Positions 50,863 to 62,309 of a DNA stretch of 64,000 nucleotides are shown here, in pieces. Position 1 is the stretch's first letter. Every line of letters begins with the position of its first letter. The translations under genes and the position numbers were made by a program. The stretch is from Leidyana gryllorum EB-2025a (taxonomy: Eukaryota > Protista > Apicomplexa), in assembly GCA_048772705.1 (NCBI GenBank), contig JBLWGC010000104.1, forward strand, positions 682,001-746,000, given 5' to 3'. The notes below the pieces were generated by a model. That model saw only the letters and a program-made list of their open reading frames with translations, did no database searches and was not told the origin of the DNA.

Positions 50863-52283
50863 TTCGCACCATACACCTTGGGCGTGCCCTCCAGAGGATC
50901 AATCCCGTGGACTTCGTTCGCAAGTTTACAGTCCATCGTCACGTGCCCACGGTCCCCACATATCGCGCATCGCTATACCAATCATTTTCGAGATCGCATC
51001 CGTAACAATGTCACTTACCACTTCAGCCCTCTTGTATGTGTCGAACTGCGTCTCAGGACACTCGAATCCGAAGTGCCCCAATTGACCACAAACCGTACAG
51101 CGGGAGTCGGCTTTGGTCAAAAATCCGCCAGTTCCGTTCACGAGGGCGAGCTGCTCCAGACCTTTCTTCTTGTACTCCTCATGAATTGGATGATTAGGGT
51201 CCAACAGCGGCTCAATCAGGGCCACAGCGCGCTGCAAGGATACACAAGTTTCGAACGGTCCTCAATAGGAGATGCATTGTCAGCACGCACGGCCACTCAG
51301 ACAACCTCCCGCACACGCACAACCAGCACATGATAAGCTTCACAATGACAGATGATGTCAAATTACACTCATGGTGAACTTTTATGAACAAACTCGCCAA
51401 ATTACAGACCAACGCGGCTTGATCTTAAGCCTTGAACCTCATAGCCAGAACCAATCATGCACAGAAACGTATTAGCAGCAATTAGCCGTAGTGTCAGGCG
51501 AACAAAGCGGTGTAATGATTCCCTTACCTCAAGCTTTTCCTCCGATTCAGCGGCAATGTGTACATGCTGAGGCATCGCCGCCTCCTCATCTGTTTGATGA
51601 TCACTTCGTTTCCCTTCTTTCTGCGTTCCCCTCCCTCGTATCGATATCTGCGCCCCTGATTCTGCCTCAAGCCGCTTGTGGTTACAGCCTCGCGGCCCAA
51701 TGATCAATCCCATAAAGTTATAGTCGGGGAACTCTTCTTGCGGAATTAAGATACGCCGTGTTCGCTTCATTGGTTTGAAGTCTGCAGGGGGCGCATAGGA
51801 AGGAACAGTTGCGACCATGTGTTCAATCAAGCGCTGTTGTTCCGCAACCATCGCCGCCTTTATCCGTATATCCCTTCTATTCGTCCGATTACCATCCTTA
51901 TCGTATATCGGCACAGGTGAGGGAGGCCGGATGTCAGGGTCCCCCATCTCGTACTCCCCCATCATGAGTTTTCGATTCAGTTCCTCCAACCGTTGCTCAC
52001 GCAGGAACTGGTCGACCTGTTCAAGGGACATCAACGGGGGAAAATCCAGGAAGGGGGGGGGCAAATAGGGTTTGTTGTCAGGATGGCCCCATCGGCTCTG
52101 TTTCGCAGACCCTCGAGCACCTGCTTCAATTGGCTCGGACAATGTATGACCCGATGCTGATATAAGCAGCGTTCTTGGCAAACGTTCCCATCGACTGCGT
52201 CTACCACTAGAGTACTTGCCAATATTGGCCCTTTCGATGGGCACTAATGCCGTGGAAATAACATCGGCCCCCACGAGCGCCAT
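50859..52283 (-). CDS. SF1: Splicing factor 1 / branchpoint-binding protein (KH-QUA2 + 2 zinc knuckles)
   Basis: RRSRW (ULM), RPPSPVPIYDKDG.RTN, YNFMGLIIGPRG...KRLEAESGA.ISIRGRG, CTVCGQLGH..FEC and CAICGDRGH..MDC. Confidence 0.93.
51232..51527 (-). other. Unusually long (296 bp) intron in SF1
   Basis: GAG|GTAAGG ... TTGCAG|CGC restores the KH-QUA2 frame. Confidence 0.8.
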
Positions 52284-52432
52284 TGACTCTATTTTTTTCT
52301 TTACGCATAGCTACTGGGCAGGAGGGTGCACGGATGGGAAAGTTTGGGAAAGTGAGTCCTGCAGAGGTGCGCGGGTGCGCGTGTTGCATGAATTAATGAA
52401 GAGTTGAATGTGCGTTCCGTGGAGACACACAG

Positions 52433-55400
52433 ATGGAAGCCAAGAACAATGTACCTCAGAAACGGCAGTTTTCGGAGGTTCAGAGCTCCAGCAGTCCTCA
52501 GCAGGTGCCTCAACGTCGTCGGCTTGAGTTACTAGTCCGGCACCTGAGCCCGAACACCGATGAGCGGGCGTTGGCGTCTGCTTTTGCTCATTATGGCGAC
52601 ATAGCTGACGTGTTTGTTCCGGTGGACAGCAAAGGGAAGTCGAAAGGACTGGGGTACATAACATTTATCCATACGAGCGACGCTTTGCGTGCAGTTCAGC
52701 AAGCTCAGCGTGTGATCAATGACCACATGACATTCGTGACCTTAGTACGAAACCGCCAGCCACACAAACACCAACTGACGTTTGCGCAGCGGATGCAAGT
52801 GAAAGCCGCAGCCGAGCGCAGCAAAACGCCATTGAAACGTCGTACTCGTTCTGGTCACCCAGTGATTGGATCGAACTTAATGGAGCAGGTGGATCCACCC
52901 CCAGCACCCACAGTGTCGTCAGCAGCTGGACGGCGTGCCCCTGCAACAGCTCCGGTATCTCGAACGCTGTTCTTCAGTGTGCCACAGACGACTCGTTTGG
53001 GTATGTTGCACATATTGATTGGTCAGTCACTTCGTTGTCAGCCTCAGCCTGAATTCGTTTATTTGGCGTCGGGAAAATTCTTCCTGTTCAATGAGGAGGT
53101 GATGGAGGATTTGTCCGATGGAGCATCGACAGCGGCGTGTTTCGATACGTGCCGCGCCAATCGCCAGCACCCACGACTGCCATTGCCAGTTCGGGCGGGT
53201 GAAGAAGCGATCGAGCGTTACCTCAAGACCGTCAAGTTCAACAGCTACATGTCGGCTGCCAACCGCTCTTCAAAACAACCGAAACGAAGGAGGGATCTCG
53301 CGTCCTGTCGCGCTGAAGAGAAGAAGACCATTCCTGATCTTCCTGTCAAACTATTCCGCATCAATTCACCCCGAAAACAGGATGTAGCTAGTCCCGCCGT
53401 CGCGCCGCCCACTCGGACATCTTCTCAGGTACACACCGCTGTAAAATCTCCAAGCGCCGTAACTGTGCCGAGATCGCCATCGGCACCGAATAAGAGGAAT
53501 AAGAAGTCTACTACTACAAACCGTAACGCTAATGTGTCAGCAGCCGTTCCACGTCCTTCTTCCACACCTGCTTCCGTGCAGTGCCCTTCCAAACACCAAC
53601 CTCAGCCTCAACCTCCACCTCCACCCGCACATCATCAATATCACCAGTATCGTCCAAGGGCGGCAACAACAACGACAACGACGACGAGCATTCCTCCCAC
53701 CATGGTTATGGCTTCTTTGAGCCCGAAGGTTACATCTTCACCTCAAACTACAACAGCTCGTACTGTTGTCGCAGCGGTTACGCCGAGTCCTTTGACGACG
53801 GCTCATCCAACAGCGAGAACAGTAGCTACTCCAGTCACATCTCGTACTTTGGCCACGGCGCGCATTATGACACCAATGTCCGCTGCAGCACCGACGTCCA
53901 CAACTGTTTTGCGACCTCGTTCGCCTCCCGTGACCTCTTCACCGCCAATGATCCCCTCACCGACGGTAGCCAATTCACCATCGTCAATGGTTCCCTTGTC
54001 TACAACGGTGGCTTCGCCTTCGAGTGCAAGCAACCGGCCGCTTGGAGAGTCTCGGCTCCCGCAGAGATACTCTCCTCCCCCAGAACCATCACCACCGGTA
54101 CGGCCGGCGACTGTGGAGTCACCGAGTTGGCGCTCGCAGCCTCAAATATCCTATACCGCAGGAGTGGAACCACCTGTGTCACCACCATCCGTATGGCGGC
54201 CTCAGGTGCAACCTCTGGGTCCATTGCAACATCAACAGCCCGTTGTAAAGTCAAGTGCTGCACCGATTGTCTCGCGTCCACAGCCACCACCGGCAGCTGC
54301 TGAGTGGCGATCGAATGAGTGGCGATCGCATCTGTTGCCGCCAACATTTGCTGCGACACCTGTGGTGTTTTCGCCAGAACAGCCGCAAATCCGGCTAACG
54401 ATGATGAGTGAGCGTGTTGACCGTCGGCCGGAGAGCCGCGTGACCGAGTGCAATAGCAACAATAGCAGCAGTGTGTCCACCAGCCGGCGTTCGCCGGTGG
54501 TGAAGGGAAGGCAATGGCGACGGGCGGATGAGCAGCAGGTTGAAATTGCTCGTCCCCGTCAAGGACTCGAGCTTGATGAAGCTGACATTAGTCGAATCCT
54601 GCGCGAGCGTCGTTTGATGGAGGAAAGATATGAATTACAACGAATGGAAGAGCTCAAGCTTCGAGAAGAACGTCGTGTGCTGGAACAAAGATTGGCCGAG
54701 ACCACACGATTGTTGGAACACGAATTACGGCGACCTTCTCCTCATCTCTACGAAGAGGAAATTCGTCATCAAAGATTGGGTGGTGGAGATTCTTCGAGTT
54801 GGGAACCAATGAGGAGACCGTCTCCCCCCATGACGCCATCACCCCTCCACACACCAGCATCGGCCCCGCGCTGCTTTAGATTGTCACCCCTAGTAGAAGT
54901 GCCACCAGCGTCACATGCGCGAGTGGCATCCCAACCGGCTGCATTGCCCACCTACGATATGTTTCGTCCTGCTTACGTAACAGACTCGTCCACCACTACA
55001 CTGACTTCGGAAGAAGCAGAAGCGACAGCAGCAGACGAGGCAATGCCGCATCCATTCCCACCGTTAGAGACCACTTCCACTTCGGTGGACCTGCGTCAGT
55101 ACTTGTCCACTCACGACCATCTTTTCGCCAAGTTACCCAAAGAAGCCCAGGAAGACGAATCGGAGAGGATCACGCCGGTAGGGCACGCTCGTGTCCACAG
55201 TGCTGATTCTATCAGTCGGCGGAGACTGGTCAGAAGAACTGCATCTCCGGACCAACAACAGCCCATATTGGGCCCCAATACCAACCGAAACCCCTCTGGT
55301 GCAACGTCTTCGACCACTCTGTTTCTCGAAAGACTTCGTCCGACCGGTGCCCGTCGCCGTCTGCGCCCGCCGCCTATGAGTGCTGCAAAGGATGAAATCG

Positions 55401-58400
55401 TTCTAACCCACACTCTCGCCCAAGGCCTCGAACCGCAAGCATTCGTGGTCAAAGACGTCGGTATCCAAAGTAAGACGATCAGGTCGGACGCCGATATATA
55501 CTCACTCCCCCCTGAACTCTCAGCAGCAGCAGCGGATTGGAACACGACGGCTAAACTCGACAATGCCCCTCAGAATGATAACACGGCGACGCCGCCTCGT
55601 CACCTACATTACCGTCTTACCCAAGACAGTATTGGAGCCCTCTCAGGTGACTCATCGCACGACTCTCTTCGGGAGTATGAACGTGAAGGTGGCCTCCTCG
55701 GGAGAGCTCACAGTTCAGCCACTCCCGATGATGAAACAACATCACGCTCCACAGTATCACCCGTCGAAACCCCTCTGCCACAAACGCCAGCAACTACGTC
55801 TACCTTTATTGAGAGTCCACCACCAACCGGACACAGCACAGTTCCCGACACACCTGGCTACCGCCAGTTCGAAGTGCCAGTTACTCCCACTCCCACCCCG
55901 ACAACTCCTCCTTCACCTACTCAACAGTCATCGACGAGCACCCGCTCTGTCGTTCCTCCTCTCAAACTACCAGCACGGCCACCAACTGACTACGTCGTTG
56001 TTGCCGCACCCTCCACCTTCGAAACTGAAGACGAAGGACGAACGGTCGATTCACTGCCATCACCTAGAATCTCGGCAGTATCTCCTCCTGTTCCTGATCA
56101 CGACCCTCAACGACTGCCTCGTACAGTGCAGGTCAAAGTTCTGCCCGAAGATCTCGTCATAGAGAGCCTTCATCCCGACAGCTCCAACTTTGAGAGTCTC
56201 GTTGTGCAAAGCAGCCAATCTGAGCAGGGTGGCAAAGAGGCGGAGCCTGGATGTGAATTCGAGAGCGAGCACACACTTAATAGTGGCAAGTTGGTTGATG
56301 TCCCTTTGATAGAAGAGAGCATAGACTCGCGATCAGTCCACACGGATGAAGTTAACCGGCATGCTGATACTTCAGTATTGCAGCTCTATGACACCCCCCG
56401 ATCAGTACGCACTCCACGGGCGGCTGCTCGAGTCCTCGCTCGCGGTCAGAATGGCTCGGAAGCAGAAGACGAATCTGCCGTTTCCCCGAATGAGGGCGAA
56501 ATCAGCTCAGTCAAACCTGTGGTCGATACAGAGGAAACTGTTGTAGTCGACGTCCATCCCAATATGGCCCTGGAGCGACTCTTAATGGAGGCCGAGAAAA
56601 TCAGACCACTACCTGCTGATGTGGGAGTGGCGCTGACCGGAGGCGAGCAGGCCGTCACTGCGGCTGAGGAGGGCGTGACCCGTCAGGTGACCCGTCCGCA
56701 ACCCTCCAAGGGTGGTGATCAATTAGCGGCTGCCCACGTTATTTTGTTGGATGCCGATGACACACTGATTCCAACCTCTGAACTGTGTGAAGAGAAATAC
56801 CTTGGTGAGTTCTGTGGTCTCGACAGCTCTGGAGGCCTCAGCGGACGTTCTCAAATGAGAATAGCCGGGAACTCACGGGGCAGACTCACTCGATCAATCC
56901 ACACTTGTTCTTCTTATGCTAGATCGAGAGCTCAACGACCTCCCAGAAGAATTCCGGGAACAATTGGAACTCTTGGATGTACAACTGACCTGCTTATTCG
57001 AACAACTGCACTCAATGGTGGTTTTGGAGAACATAGGTAAGGAATGATGAGGATAGGCAATTCTCCACCAACCTCTTGATTGTATTATTGCAGGTGAACA
57101 GAGTGCGAACTATGTTTTGTCGGTTGTCATCATCACAAATGCAACCCTCTCTCACATCCAGACGACATTCGAGAAGTTTTTGCCTCAATTGACAACGTTC
57201 TTCCGCAGTCGCAATATCAAAATCGATGAGCTCGTGTGCAGTGCGCGAGATATCTGGTCGGATGAATTTCCGTTCGAACACTTTTATGAGTTCTGGAAAG
57301 CTTGGACTCTGGAAGACATCTTGCGCGAGCTTAAAAGCGACGGAGTGCCCAATGTGACTGTAAGTCCGTGGTCCCTCGTGTGCTTGTGTGCTCGTGTCTC
57401 AATGCATCTGTGTAGAAACTGTGTGTGCCGGTTGTCTGACCGGACGGTGTAATCCATTTGGCTTGGTTTCCGATGGCCTTTGTTATTGACGGTTGGCATC
57501 TTTCAGGTTTTGACGATTGGAGACGATGAGCCTGAGCGCAAAGCTGCAGCTTATGTGGAGGTCGAGATGGAGGGTTTTGTGCAGGCAGTGAAGGTGGTGA
57601 AGATGGTGGGCCAGCCGAAGATCAGAGATCTGATTACTCAGTTGGAGCACATCAATGCCAATGTTCGTCGATACGTTACCGAAGACTCCGCATTCGATCT
57701 GCGGTATGAGTTGGGCGGCTTGACGCCCTCCAAGCGTCAGGCAGCCAAGGAGGCGCCGACAGTGAGCGAGGTTGCGCAAGTCCAGCCGCCTGAAATCCCT
57801 GACCGCATTGAAGCCCTGTTCATCCAATTCGAATTGAAATATGAGATCTTGTTTGACGCGTTCCGCACCATGGCTCAGGAAGACGTATTGCGGTTCGCCA
57901 ATGCATTGAAGGGGCTCGAAGCGCGTCAAGCGAATGAATTGGCTGCGTTTATAGCTGAGTGTCGGAGTTTCTTGTCTTTGTACAAGGGAATCGTGAACGA
58001 GCTCGAGCCGCCACCACTGAAGACCATTGTGTCCAATTTTCCGGCGGAGTCGCCTCTGGCGAAAAATGGCACGGACTCCGAGTCCTCGACTACCCCCTTC
58101 CACGATTCGGCTAGCATTCTGAATGCGCTGCAGAACGTTGTCAGGTTCTTGCTGCAGTATCCAAACCTGGTATCTACCTTGCCTAGCTTTGGCTGGCAGC
58201 TGTCCAGCAATGCGGATCTGATTGTTTCAGCGGTGCACCTGTTTCTAGCCTCTGTTGAGACCAGCGGAGCAGAACAGCAGCAGCAGCAACAACAACTACA
58301 GCAGCCATCCCCTCAGCAGCCTCCCCAGCAGGAAAAGCAATCGCAAGTGGATAGTGCCAATGACATCACCGCTCCTTCTACTGAACAGCAGCAGCAGGAG

Positions 58401-58412
58401 GATGATTCTTAG
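52433..58412 (+). CDS. Large RRM + low-complexity linker + HAD-like phosphatase domain protein
   Basis: N-terminal RRM (LLVRHLS / KGLGYITF). C-terminal ILLDADDTLIPT, VIITNA, SAR...WK, TIGD..PER.A and KVVKM...P. Introns ~56804-56922, 57037-57093 and 57360-57506. Confidence 0.75.
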
Positions 58413-58508
58413 CTATGTTTCCTTTTTCGTCGCTTCTACTTCTTCTGAACCGACCAAAAGCTCTTCTCCCCCCAATGGGCAGGAAGGAGTACGTTTTTTT
58501 GGGGTCCA

Positions 58509-59587
58509 ATGAGCAGCAGCAGGAAGCCAGAGGGGGCCCAGCCGCCCGAGCTGGTGAGTACTTGTGCTCTTTGAGATGGCCAAATCGTAATCATTGCAGC
58601 ACTACGATGCCGAGGAGGCTGAACTATACACTAAGCGCTCCCGTGTTGTCCAAGTCCAACAGGAGATGACCTCACGATGCATTGAGTTGCTGGAATTGCC
58701 AGAGGACGACACTTCTCGTTTCCTGTTGGATATCGGCTGCGGCAGCGGACTGTCTGGTGACGTTATAAGCGAAGAGGGGCACCAGTGGATCGGCGTCGAT
58801 GTGGCCCCGGCCATGTTGGAGTTGGCCCAGGAGAACGAGGTGGAAGGCGATTTGATTTTGGGCGATATCGGGCAAAGTGAGTTCAGAGCTGCTATCGGGC
58901 GACGGTATCATTCTGTTTCGCCGTCATCAGGAGGGTGTTGGCGCCCAGGGGTCTTTGATGGCGCAGTGTCTGTGTCCGTGATACAGTGGCTGTGCCACGC
59001 CTTCACGAGTCAGCAAGATCCCCGTCGTCGTCTCAAGACATTCTTCCAATGGCTGTATAACAGTCTGACAAAGGGGGCGAGAGCGGTAGGGAGGCCTGAA
59101 TGTTGCCGAAAACAACACAGAATCTCTGTAGGCGTTGCAGTTCTATCCCAGCCACGACCAACAGACTGAGATGATCGGACGGGCGGCTAAAGAAGCCGGA
59201 TTCGTCACGGGTTTCGTAGTTGACAACCCAGACAGTGAGAAGAAGAAAAAGTACGTTGTGTGGTCGTGTCAGCTACTGGTCCTTCTCTACTGCAGGGTGT
59301 ATCTGTTGCTGTCAGTTGGGGTCCCACTCGCACCGGGTGGAGCGCCAACTAACTTTGGAGGACAACACGGGACTGCTGGCGACGACGCCCAGCAGCAGCA
59401 GGTGATGTATGGGAAGATGCGTACCTACGGGACGTACGAGAGAAAGGGAGGACGTACCACGGGGAAGCGGACGAGCATCAAACAACGGGATTGGGTGTTA
59501 CAGAAGAAGGAGCAACAACGACAGAGGCAGATGGACGTACGACCTGACACCAAGTACACTGGTCGCAAGAGGAAGGATGGGTTCTGA
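58509..59587 (+). CDS. BUD23: 18S rRNA guanine-N7 methyltransferase
   Basis: PE...PPEL.Y...EA..YT, Q.EMT.RC.ELL, LLDIGCGSGLSG, SVIQWLC.A, QFYP, W..KKE..R and RPDTKYTGRKRK. Confidence 0.95.
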
Positions 59588-59717
59588 TAGAGGTTATCGA
59601 GCCGATGGACCGAGGGAGGACTCGACCAATTGCGAGGGACAGAACGATTTCATCGAAAAATTTGGAACGCTAAAGTTAATTCGCCTGAGGCTTTGGCGGT
59701 GAGGTCCAACACTCAAG

Positions 59718-60221
59718 ATGGTAAGATGATCAGATTTTTGAACGCCTGTATACTCACAATGCTCCTTGCAGACTGACGCAGCAGCTCAACCAAAGAAAAG
59801 GACCTTCAAGACCTTCTCTTACAGGGGTATCCCCCTTGAGAAGTTGATGGACATGAAGTTTGAGGAGGTGGTCGAGCTCTTGCCCGCCCGTCACCGCCGC
59901 AAATTCCTGCGTGGTGTCCATAAGTACCGCATGAAGTCTTTCCTGTCCAAGTTGGTCAAGGCCAAGAAGGAGACTCCTTATGGTCAGAAGCCCAAAACCA
60001 TAAAGACCCACTACAGAAACATGACTGTGACCCCCGAGATGATCGGATCTGTCGTCGGTGTCTACAACGGAAAGACTTTCATTGAGGTCGAAATCAAGCC
60101 TGAGATGATCGGACACTATCTTGGCGAGTTCTCTATCACCTACAAGCCCGTGAAACACGGCAAGTACGGTGCCACCACCGCCAAGGTCAACAACTCCAAG
60201 TTCTACCAGGTCAACTACTAG
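59718..60221 (+). CDS. RPS15: 40S ribosomal protein S15 (uS19)
   Basis: [27 protein letters not shown] and [17 protein letters not shown]. The ATG is followed by intron 59721-59771. Confidence 0.97.
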
Positions 60222-60553
60222 ACGTGATCGAGCTTTTTGTTGTTACGCCTTCCAACTTGAACCCTCTTTGGTGAACACACGAGCAGTCTACTCAGCTTCT
60301 CATCGCCGTCAGTCCTCTGGATACGCTCCGCCCCTCAGCCAGCCGCCTCACACTCTCTCCACTGTCCGTAGCCGAGTCTTGACTGGACGAAAGTGGGGGC
60401 CGTTGTACTCTCTGTCTCTCCCCAATAGCCCCACTCGGCCTGACTGCAGCGACATACTCGAGTTTCTTACACTTCAACGCTCTATGAGGTTCAATGTTTA
60501 ACGCACCCAGTGTGGGCGTGCGAAAGAGTAATTCATGTATTTGTTTGTCCAGA

Positions 60554-62083
60554 TCACATCAGGCGCAACACTTGTAGTGGAGCGTTAGTCTGAAGATGGA
60601 AACCGGTGACGGTCAAGACGCCACAGCGATTGACATCAAAAACGACTTTGAGTATGGGTTGATGGTCATCCGTGGCAGTCGGGCCGTTCACTCGATATAC
60701 CGCTGAGAGATTGTTCTCTCTGATTGCCGCGTTCTCGCCCTCTGATATCTGAAGTGTGATTCCCGGTTGCTGCTTGAGCATTGTACAGTATGTTCTGACG
60801 GACTGCGCTGGTAAGGGATCGTTATGAGCAAAGAGAACACAAGTCTGTGTGGGCGGGTTCTCGAATCCGAGTGAATAAGAGACCACGTCTCTGACAGAGA
60901 CGTCGTGGAATTTGGCGCCTTTCACACTGACGGTGTGAGCTGCGAATATTGCGGCTCCCACAGGTACAACATCAGATAAGTGAGGCGGTGTGTAGAGACG
61001 TTTGCCTCTAAAGAAGCTCTCCAAAAGTTGTCGTATCTTTGGAGTCTGAGAGGCACCGCCAAGGAGGACGATCTCGTCCACTTCGTCACCTTTGATCCGG
61101 CCGTCATACAGCACCTTCTCGATCATCTTGATGTATTTGTTAAAGTGTTCTGCGTTGAACTGATTGTACGTCGCCCGGGTGATGATGGTAGAAAAGTCGA
61201 TCTCCCCCTCTGTGAATTGGATTGTGCACCGCGTACTTGTGGACAGTTCCTTCTTGGCTTCCTCACACTCGTGACGCAAGCGAGCGTACGCCACAGGGTT
61301 GATTCGGATGTCAACTTGATTCTCTTCCAAATACTCATCAACGCAGTAGTCGACCAACCGATTAGTAAAGTCCTCTCCCCCGATGCCCGAGTCCCCTCCG
61401 ACGGCTCGCACTTCGACCTTTGAGTCCACCATATGCATCAGAGAAACAGCCGAGCTTCCTGCCCCAATATTGACGACCAATACCTTCTTGGGCTGGATAC
61501 GATTGCTCTTGTTCATCTGATATGCCAAACCTCCGGCCGTGGTATCGTTGATCAATCTCACATCTCGGAGCCCAGACAATCGACTGATGTTGATGGTGGC
61601 CTGTCGCTGGGCCTGGTTGAAGAAGGTGGGCACCACCAGCACCGACGCGTGTAACTTGTGCCCCAAAAACGCCTCTGCAGCGTCTCGAAGACGCTTCAAG
61701 ATCAAGGCTGAGAGAGTGACGGGATGAAAAGAGGTCAACTTGCCCTGAGCGACCGCCTGCACCAAGTTTTCACCATTGACCCCCATTCGGGTCTTGAAGG
61801 GTACCCGACTTCGATACTCCTTGGCAACCGGGTCAGTGAAACGACGTCCCAGTAGCCGTTTGAAGCAATATATAGTATTATCCGGGTCAGATGTCAGCCC
61901 CTCTTCGCCCAGCGCCCCCACGGTGTGCTGCTTGCCAACGAACCCCACCACAGATGGTAGCTCAAAGACGCCCTCATCCAGCGGGACGCGCTGAGCGACG
62001 CCATTCTTCACCACCGAAACCGACGAGAATCGGAGGCCAAGATCAAAAGCCGCAATCGTCTTACCCATAATCGTCTTACCCAT
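60554..62083 (-). CDS. Divergent Hsp70-family protein lacking lid/EEVD
   Basis: FDLG, PSVVGF, NTIYCFKRLLGR, VP.FFN.AQRQAT, GGEDF, CEEAK..LS and VLLGG...PKI. It ends after a partial substrate-binding beta domain. Confidence 0.88.
   Translation of the reverse strand: MGKTIMGKTIAAFDLGLRFSSVSVVKNGVAQRVPLDEGVFELPSVVGFVGKQHTVGALGEEGLTSDPDNTIYCFKRLLGRRFTDPVAKEYRSRVPFKTRMGVNGENLVQAVAQGKLTSFHPVTLSALILKRLRDAAEAFLGHKLHASVLVVPTFFNQAQRQATINISRLSGLRDVRLINDTTAGGLAYQMNKSNRIQPKKVLVVNIGAGSSAVSLMHMVDSKVEVRAVGGDSGIGGEDFTNRLVDYCVDEYLEENQVDIRINPVAYARLRHECEEAKKELSTSTRCTIQFTEGEIDFSTIITRATYNQFNAEHFNKYIKMIEKVLYDGRIKGDEVDEIVLLGGASQTPKIRQLLESFFRGKRLYTPPHLSDVVPVGAAIFAAHTVSVKGAKFHDVSVRDVVSYSLGFENPPTQTCVLFAHNDPLPAQSVRTYCTMLKQQPGITLQISEGENAAIRENNLSAVYRVNGPTATDDHQPILKVVFDVNRCGVLTVTGFHLQTNAPLQVLRLM
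62054..62083 (-). repeat. 15-bp tandem duplication of the start region (MGKTI MGKTI)
   Basis: AATCGTCTTACCCAT at 62054-62068 and 62069-62083. Confidence 0.9.
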
Positions 62084-62309
62084 AGTGCATGCCGATTAAT
62101 GTGTAATGTGGACCTCATCCAGATGCTTACTTTCCACACTCCTTCGCTCTGGATCCAATCCCTCCCTCTTCGCTCTACTGAGCCGCTGCTCTCCACTCAC
62201 ACACGCCAAAGGGACATTAGTGTCTCGGTGCCACACGAACAACCGGTCAGGAGAAGGGTTACACAGATCAGATCACAGCAAATGATAAATGTGTGTGTCA
62301 AAACACCGC

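Noticed and set aside
51418-51431. GGCTTAAGATCAAG (minus strand) resembles U2 snRNA GGCUAAGAUCAAG
   Set aside because: It is not followed by the branch-pairing GUGUAGUA, and the 5' stem context is missing; it is probably just a GGCTT/AAGCC hairpin.
53581-54303. 240-aa alternative-frame ORF inside the RRM-HAD gene
   Set aside because: Arises from low-complexity Thr/Pro/Ser codons; no independent evidence of coding.
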